This document shows, piece by piece, positions 58,818 through 64,000 of a stretch of 64,000 bases of DNA. The stretch is taken from contig CABZTX010000002.1 in NCBI GenBank assembly GCA_902528875.1, forward strand, positions 7,828 to 71,827. The letters run 5' to 3'. Each line of letters opens with the position of its first letter. Position 1 is the first letter of the stretch. The stretch comes from an uncultured SAR86 cluster bacterium (GTDB lineage: Bacteria > Pseudomonadota > Gammaproteobacteria > Magnimaribacterales > D2472). The position numbers and the translations under genes are program-made. Under the pieces are notes generated by a model. That model did not search any database, was not told the DNA's origin, and worked only from the letters and a program-made list of their open reading frames with translations.

Positions 58818-58880
58818 ATATAGTTGTATATTAACGGGGGGGAGTAATTTTACTCCTACTACTTATATAAGGAGTTATAT

Positions 58881-59612
58881 ATGAAATTTTTATTAATGTT
58901 GGCTACTGCTGTTGCTATGCCTGCTTTTGCTCAAGACTTAAGCATGGGTGACATGACCGGAGTGTCATTTTGGTTAGTAACTGCTGCTATGCTTGCTGCG
59001 ACAGTCTTTTTCTTTGTTGAAAGAGATAGAGTTCATGGTAAGTGGAAAACATCTTTATCAGTAGCTGGTTTAGTTACTGGTGTAGCATTCTGGCATTATC
59101 TATATATGAGAGGAGTTTGGGCTGATACTGGCACATCTCCAACTGTCTATAGATATATTGACTGGTTAATCACAGTACCACTTCAAATTATTGAGTTTTA
59201 CTTAATTCTTAAAGTTTGTACAAATGTTGGTGCAGGTCTATTCTGGAAACTATTAAGTGCTTCTGTATTAATGCTTGTATTTGGTTTCGTAGGTGAAACT
59301 GGTGGAGCAGATGCAAATTTAATGGGTGTTCTAGGTGTAATAGCATGGCTATATATTATTTATGAGGTATTCATGGGTGAAGCTGGAAAACTTAACGCTG
59401 CAAGTGGAAACGCTGCCGCTCAAAGTGCTTTCAACTCAATCAGATGGATTGTTACAGTTGGTTGGGCTATCTATCCAATAGGTTATTGGGTAGGTGTCGG
59501 TGCTAGTGCTGATATGGCTGGTGCAAACCAAATTTATAACTATGCTGATTTTATTAATAAAATCGCATTTGGTTTAGCTATATATGTAGCAGCTGTTAGC
59601 GACTCTGAATAA
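58881..59612 (+). CDS. Proteorhodopsin (light-driven proton pump), predicted blue-absorbing variant
   Basis: Signal peptide MKFLLMLATAVAMPAFA. Seven TM helices. FWHY (His75 equivalent). RYIDWLITVPLQIIEFY gives the D-T-E motif with Gln at the tuning position (codon 59184..59186). Schiff-base Lys in YNYADFINKIAFG. Collinear with the SAR86 EBAC31A08 protein recalled from memory. Confidence 0.95.
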   Translation: MKFLLMLATAVAMPAFAQDLSMGDMTGVSFWLVTAAMLAATVFFFVERDRVHGKWKTSLSVAGLVTGVAFWHYLYMRGVWADTGTSPTVYRYIDWLITVPLQIIEFYLILKVCTNVGAGLFWKLLSASVLMLVFGFVGETGGADANLMGVLGVIAWLYIIYEVFMGEAGKLNAASGNAAAQSAFNSIRWIVTVGWAIYPIGYWVGVGASADMAGANQIYNYADFINKIAFGLAIYVAAVSDSE

Positions 59613-59629
59613 TATTAATTTATTATATG

Positions 59630-59656
59630 AAACCCAGCTTTATGCTGGGTTTTTTT
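59630..59656 (+). terminator. Rho-independent terminator of the proteorhodopsin gene
   Basis: AAACCCAGC-TTTAT-GCTGGGTTT, with the T-run continuing to 59656. It starts 18 nt after the stop codon and overlaps the stop of the convergent SDR gene. Confidence 0.8.
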
Positions 59657-60374
59657 ATGGCTGAATTTCTTCACCACTCCAAGATAAGAATTTTCCTGAA
59701 TCATCAGAGCTTAAGTTATTAATAACTTTTAAGAGTTTTTCAGCGCTGTAATCAGGAGAAAACATATTATTTGAGCTCACATTTTTTTGAAATGGCTTAC
59801 TCAAGTTGCTCTTAACCGTTCCTGGTTGTAGACCAACAAAGATTGCATTTAGGTTTGATCTTTTTATTTCAATACTAAAATTTTTGATGATTTGATTAAG
59901 AGCTGTCTTGCTGGATCTGTAAGAGTACCATCCTCCAATCTTATTGTCAGAAATGCTTCCAACTTTAGCACTTAAAAAAGCAAAAACACTTTTATTAGTT
60001 TTTGCTAGATAAGGTATGAAGTGCTTTCCAATGAGCGCGGGTCCAAATGTATTTATATGAAACACCTTTTTTAGCTTCTCTTCAGATAGATCTTTTATAC
60101 TTTTTTCAGGAAAAATATCATCATTATTATGAAGAAATCCAGTAGCGACAAAAATTAAATCAAATTTAGTTTCTTCCGGAATATGTTTAAGTGAATCTAT
60201 TATTGATTCTTCTTTTTCAATATCTATGAAGATATTTTTTTCTTTTTTTGTATCTTCTTTAACTCCAGACCTAGAAAAGTTGTAAACCATTTCAACAGAA
60301 TCATCTCTTGATAGAATTTTAGATATCGAACTTCCTATGGCTCCAGAAGAACCAATTATGGCAACATTTTTCAT
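59655..60374 (-). CDS. Short-chain dehydrogenase/reductase (SDR)
   Basis: Cofactor motif IIGSSGAIGSS, catalytic YSYRSSK (YxxxK). 239 aa. Confidence 0.8.
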   Translation of the reverse strand: MKNVAIIGSSGAIGSSISKILSRDDSVEMVYNFSRSGVKEDTKKEKNIFIDIEKEESIIDSLKHIPEETKFDLIFVATGFLHNNDDIFPEKSIKDLSEEKLKKVFHINTFGPALIGKHFIPYLAKTNKSVFAFLSAKVGSISDNKIGGWYSYRSSKTALNQIIKNFSIEIKRSNLNAIFVGLQPGTVKSNLSKPFQKNVSSNNMFSPDYSAEKLLKVINNLSSDDSGKFLSWSGEEIQP

Positions 60375-60384
60375 ATATTATGTA

Positions 60385-62133
60385 TTATGGTTTTCTAATT
60401 TCATCTACCAATTGGTAGATATCTTCAGGTGGTCTACTATAAAAACTTGAGACAGATAATGCAACAACAAAATTTATTATCATTCCTAAAAAACCGAACC
60501 CCTCAGGAGAAATACCTAAAAACCAAAAATCATTATTGTTCAAAGATGGATTTATAAATTTAAAGTAACTTATATAACTAGAGGTTGCTATCAGGCCACA
60601 TAACATACCAGCAATAGCGCCCTCTTTATTTAATCTTTTATAAAAAATTCCCAAGAATAATACTGGAAATATAGTTGCTGCTGCCAAACCAAATGCAAAG
60701 GCTACAACTTGTGCAACAAATCCTGGAGGATATATTCCAAATAAACCTGCAATAAATATTGCTACTGCTGCAGCACATCTCGCAAAAAATAATTCTTGTT
60801 TATCACTTATATTTGGCATGAGCATATTTTTCATTAAATCATGTGAAATTGATGCTGATATTACTAATAACAATCCAGCCGCTGTAGATAAGGCTGCAGC
60901 TAAAGCGCCAGCAGCTACTAATGCGATAACCCAATTCGGTAACTGTGCAATTTCAGGATTTGCAAGAACCATGATGTCATTGTCAATGTAAATTTCATTC
61001 TCATTTGACCGATCTGGACGATTTGCTACTAACCTTTCACCATGTTGTCCCCTTTCAGATATGTATTTTGGTTTCACTTCTTCAAGAGCGTTTCCATTTG
61101 AATAATTAATAAGCCCATCACCATTTTTATCTTTCCAAGCAATTAATCCAATATTCTCCCAATTTTTAAACCAACTTGGAACAGACTGATATTCAGTTTC
61201 CTGAACTGACTCTATAAAATTTATCTTTGCAAAAGCGGCGACTGCTGGAGCAGTTGTATAAAGAAGAGCTATGAAGACAAGAGCATAACCAGCAGATTTT
61301 CTTGCATCGCTAACTTTTGGAACTGTAAAAAATCTAACAATAACATGAGGGAGTCCTGCTGTACCAAACATTAATGCTGCAGTTATAAAAAATATATCAA
61401 TGTTGCTTTTTGTATTTTCAGTATAAGCATTAAATCCTAGTTCAATTGAAAGTTGGTCGAGTTTATCAAGTAGGTAAACTGAGGAACCAGAAATCTTGTC
61501 ACCAAATCCCAATTGAGGGATTGGATTATTTGTAATCAAAAGTGAAATAAATATGGCTGGAACTAAATATGCAAATATAAGAACACAGTATTGAGCAACT
61601 TGAGTGTAGGTGATGCCTTTCATGCCACCTAGAACGGCATAAAAGAATACAATTAACATTCCTATGATTACTCCAATATTAATATCTACTTCTAAAAATC
61701 TTGAGAATACGATTCCAACTCCGCGCATTTGTCCAGCTACATAGGTGAAAGAGATAAAGATCAAACATACTATTGCAACTAACCTAGCAGTCTTTGAGTA
61801 ATATCTAGTTCCAATAAAATCAGGGACAGTATATTTACCAAACTTCCTTAAATATGGAGCTAGTAAAAGTGCCAATAATACATAACCACCTGTCCAACCC
61901 ATTAAATAAACAGATCCATCTTTACCTAAAAAAGCAATTAAGCCAGCCATTGAAATAAAGGATGCTGCAGACATCCAATCTGCAGCAGTTGCCATTCCAT
62001 TGGCAACAGGACTTACTCCTTTTCCAGCAATATAGAAGTCATTTGTTGATCTTGCTCGTGACCAAATTGCTATTCCTATATATATAGCAAATGATGCACC
62101 AACAAATAAATAAGTTAGTCCTTGAAGTCCCAT
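60385..62133 (-). CDS. Sodium:solute symporter family permease (large subunit of a DUF4212-associated transporter; ActP-like)
   Basis: 582 aa with about 13 or more TM helices and SSF-type motifs. Preceded by, and overlapping by 1 nt, a DUF4212 small-subunit gene. Confidence 0.8.
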   Translation of the reverse strand: MGLQGLTYLFVGASFAIYIGIAIWSRARSTNDFYIAGKGVSPVANGMATAADWMSAASFISMAGLIAFLGKDGSVYLMGWTGGYVLLALLLAPYLRKFGKYTVPDFIGTRYYSKTARLVAIVCLIFISFTYVAGQMRGVGIVFSRFLEVDINIGVIIGMLIVFFYAVLGGMKGITYTQVAQYCVLIFAYLVPAIFISLLITNNPIPQLGFGDKISGSSVYLLDKLDQLSIELGFNAYTENTKSNIDIFFITAALMFGTAGLPHVIVRFFTVPKVSDARKSAGYALVFIALLYTTAPAVAAFAKINFIESVQETEYQSVPSWFKNWENIGLIAWKDKNGDGLINYSNGNALEEVKPKYISERGQHGERLVANRPDRSNENEIYIDNDIMVLANPEIAQLPNWVIALVAAGALAAALSTAAGLLLVISASISHDLMKNMLMPNISDKQELFFARCAAAVAIFIAGLFGIYPPGFVAQVVAFAFGLAAATIFPVLFLGIFYKRLNKEGAIAGMLCGLIATSSYISYFKFINPSLNNNDFWFLGISPEGFGFLGMIINFVVALSVSSFYSRPPEDIYQLVDEIRKP

Positions 62134-62402
62134 TATTCTTTTTCTCTATTGTCTATTTCAGAAGAGCTTGAAAAGAATTTTTTATCTAGTTTATTTAATA
62201 AGTAAACGTATATAAAAATGATCAAAACAAAAAAGTAAATACTGCCCTGTTGAGAAAACCAGAATCCTAGCTTAAATCCACCAATCTTGAAATCATCTAA
62301 TTTATCTGACCAAATGATCCCAAAACCAAATGAGACAATAAACCAAACAACTAGAAGTGAAATTAGAATAATTAGATTAGACTGCCAATAAGAAAATTTC
62401 AT
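62133..62402 (-). CDS. DUF4212 small membrane protein (putative solute:sodium symporter small subunit)
   Basis: 89 aa with two TM helices. GGFKLGFWFSQQGSIYFFVLIIFIYVYLLNKLD matches the family pattern. Confidence 0.75.
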   Translation of the reverse strand: MKFSYWQSNLIILISLLVVWFIVSFGFGIIWSDKLDDFKIGGFKLGFWFSQQGSIYFFVLIIFIYVYLLNKLDKKFFSSSSEIDNREKE

Positions 62403-62424
62403 TGATCAATTATAAATCTAATTA

Positions 62425-62449
62425 AGGGTAATATTTTAGTTATTACCCT
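62425..62449 (-). terminator. Hairpin downstream of the formate dehydrogenase gene (possible terminator)
   Basis: AGGGTAATA-ACTAAAA-TATTACCCT on the minus strand, followed by TTAATTAGATTT (only a moderate T tract). Confidence 0.4.
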
Positions 62450-62465
62450 GTTTAGGATTATTAGA

Positions 62466-63662
62466 TTATTTTTTAAATTTGGCTGCTTCCTCTGAGCCGT
62501 CTGTGGCTGTTCCCTTTGTATAAGAATGTGCTCCCATTCCAGCAAGATCACCATTTTGAACAATTAAATATGGCTCTCTTATTGGTTTATCTTCAAAGAA
62601 ACATTCTAAAATTTCTCTAACTCCTGCTGCATATCTTGCTTGAGCAGATAGAGATGTTCCTGAGGTGTGAGGAGTCATTCCATGATTTGGCATTGATCTC
62701 CAAACATGATCATTGGGTGCTGGCTGTGGAAACCAAACATCTCCAGCATAACCGCTGAGCTGTCCAGATTCTAAAGCTCTTGCAATTGCGTCTTTATCAC
62801 AAATCTTTCCTCTTGCAGTATTAACAATATAGGCACCTCTTTTCATTTTTCCAATCATTTCATCATTAAATAAATGTTCAGTTTTTGGATGAAGTGGGCA
62901 ACTAATGTTTACAACATCACAGACTGAAACTAAAGATTCTACAGAATCATGGTAAGTAAGATTCAAATCAGCCTCTACTTCTTCAGGTAGTCTATGAATG
63001 TCAAAATAATGTAAATGAACATCAAAAGGTTTCATTTTTCTAAGCATATCAATACCAATTCTTCCAGCAGCAACTGTTCCGACATGCATTCCTTCAACAT
63101 CATAGGATCTTTGAACAGCATCAGCTATATTCCACCCACCATCTAACACAATTCTATGTTGGTTATGATAATCTCTAACCATTGATAGAATCATCATGAC
63201 TATGTGCTCAGCAACTGATCTGGAATTACAATATGTTACCTCTACAACATCTACTTTATTATCCATTGCAGCTTGTAAATCTACATGATCTGAACCAATA
63301 CCAGCTGTAATCGCCATTTTAAGATTTGGAGCAGATTCCATCTTATCTCTTGTAAGGTAATATGGAAAAAAAGGTTGTGATATGACTATGTCAGCATCAA
63401 CTAACTCTTTATCAGCAGTACAACCGTCTCCATCCTTGTCAGACGTTACAACTAAAGTATGACCAAGATCCTCCAAAAACTTTCTTAAGCCTAACTCTCC
63501 AGAAACACAACCTAATAATTGTCCAGGAGTGAAATCTATATTTGAGGGACTTGGTAAGGACATTCCGTCAGGATATTTATCAAGTTTAGGCAAATCATCT
63601 CTAGCATAACTCTCAGGCATTCCTGAAACAGGATCATCGTATAAAATACATAAAATTTTCAT
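62466..63662 (-). CDS. fdh: NAD-dependent formate dehydrogenase (D-2-hydroxyacid dehydrogenase superfamily)
   Basis: Near-collinear with Pseudomonas sp. 101 FDH recalled from memory: KILCILYDDPV...YARDDLPK...IDFTPGQLLG.VSGELGLRKFLE..GHTLVVTSDKDG, GTVAAGRIG, PQPAP.DH.WR.MP..GMTPH.SG, C-terminal GSEEAAKFKK. Confidence 0.93.
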   Translation of the reverse strand: MKILCILYDDPVSGMPESYARDDLPKLDKYPDGMSLPSPSNIDFTPGQLLGCVSGELGLRKFLEDLGHTLVVTSDKDGDGCTADKELVDADIVISQPFFPYYLTRDKMESAPNLKMAITAGIGSDHVDLQAAMDNKVDVVEVTYCNSRSVAEHIVMMILSMVRDYHNQHRIVLDGGWNIADAVQRSYDVEGMHVGTVAAGRIGIDMLRKMKPFDVHLHYFDIHRLPEEVEADLNLTYHDSVESLVSVCDVVNISCPLHPKTEHLFNDEMIGKMKRGAYIVNTARGKICDKDAIARALESGQLSGYAGDVWFPQPAPNDHVWRSMPNHGMTPHTSGTSLSAQARYAAGVREILECFFEDKPIREPYLIVQNGDLAGMGAHSYTKGTATDGSEEAAKFKK

Positions 63663-63847
63663 TTAAGCTCCCAAATAAATGTTTGAATGTTCATGTTAAA
63701 ACAAAAAAATTTAAAAACAACAAATAAATTACATATTTAACATAAGTACAAAAATACCTAACCTAGGGATAAATATCTAACTAATAGCTTACAAAAACTT
63801 AAAATAACAATTATTATTAAGATTTTTATACAATTTTAAAAAATTTA

Positions 63848-63938
63848 ATGAGTACAAATGTAAAAAATGTGGTAATATGAGTACAAAATTATTAATTTAA
63901 ATAAAAATATTTACTAAATGGGTACAATATGGGTACAA
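63848..63938 (+). repeat. Four direct copies of ATGRGTACAA (plus a fifth GTACAA at 63746)
   Basis: ATGAGTACAA at 63848 and 63877; ATGGGTACAA at 63918 and 63929. GTACAA occurs five times within about 190 nt of AT-rich intergenic DNA. Confidence 0.7.
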
Positions 63939-64000
63939 AAATTGACAAATACTTAGTATTAAGGGGAAAAAATAAAGATATATATTTTATTCAAAAAAGA
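63929..64000 (+). CDS. Possible 5' end of a gene running off the window (integrase-like N-terminus; very tentative)
   Basis: ATG at 63929 opens 24 codons to the window edge: MGTKIDKYLVLRGKNKDIYFIQKR. The pattern YLV.RG...Y(Y/F)..R resembles the N-terminal arm-binding segment of some tyrosine recombinases. Confidence 0.25.
   Translation, partial: MGTKIDKYLVLRGKNKDIYFIQKR

Noticed and set aside
58881-59612. Higher apparent G+C of the proteorhodopsin (and fdh) gene as evidence of recent horizontal transfer
   Set aside because: The shift can be explained by Ala/Gly/Val-rich membrane-protein composition and strong amino-acid conservation. No flanking repeats, tRNA or mobility genes are present, and I cannot compute codon statistics here.

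Overview
This is a visibly AT-rich, very tightly packed chromosomal segment. Many neighbouring genes overlap by 1-14 nt and intergenic spacers are tiny. Gene order is gammaproteobacterial: rnr-rlmB, lpxC-secA, coaE-yacG, rluD/bamD, trxA-rho, aroQ-accB-accC, leuS-lptE-holA, rsfS-rlmH-mrdA-rodA-mltB-dacA, parC-parE/tolC and mutM/coaD.

The window holds about 58 protein genes and one complete rRNA operon on the minus strand (16S-23S-5S, 9983..14771). The operon's spacer carries no tRNA.

The most notable gene is a proteorhodopsin (58881..59612). It has the DTE proton-pump motif, the Schiff-base lysine and a Gln at the spectral-tuning position, which predicts blue absorption. It lies 44 kb from the 16S gene on the same molecule. 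Together with two tandem TonB-dependent receptors and the streamlined architecture, this fits a SAR86-like marine photoheterotroph. That assignment is inference; no search was possible.

Other points worth a second look:
- a ZnuD-like His/Asp/Glu-rich loop in the first TonB receptor
- a 33-nt perfect palindrome between the two receptors
- a 54-codon yacG missed by the ORF track
- an apparent 1-nt frameshift in rodA
- a stand-alone DsbD N-terminal domain at the syntenic dsbD position
- an RNase R lacking its N-terminal domains and a SecA lacking its zinc-finger tail
- a PPi-type phosphofructokinase
- a DUF4212/SSF symporter pair next to an NAD-dependent formate dehydrogenase
- tandem 21-bp operators in a TetR/RND efflux locus
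- an SD/anti-SD arrangement in the proteorhodopsin leader
- a cluster of ATGRGTACAA repeats with a possible integrase-like ORF start at the right edge

I saw no CRISPR array, transposase, tRNA gene or recognisable defence system. Apart from the rhodopsin and the right-hand edge, the window is ordinary housekeeping DNA.
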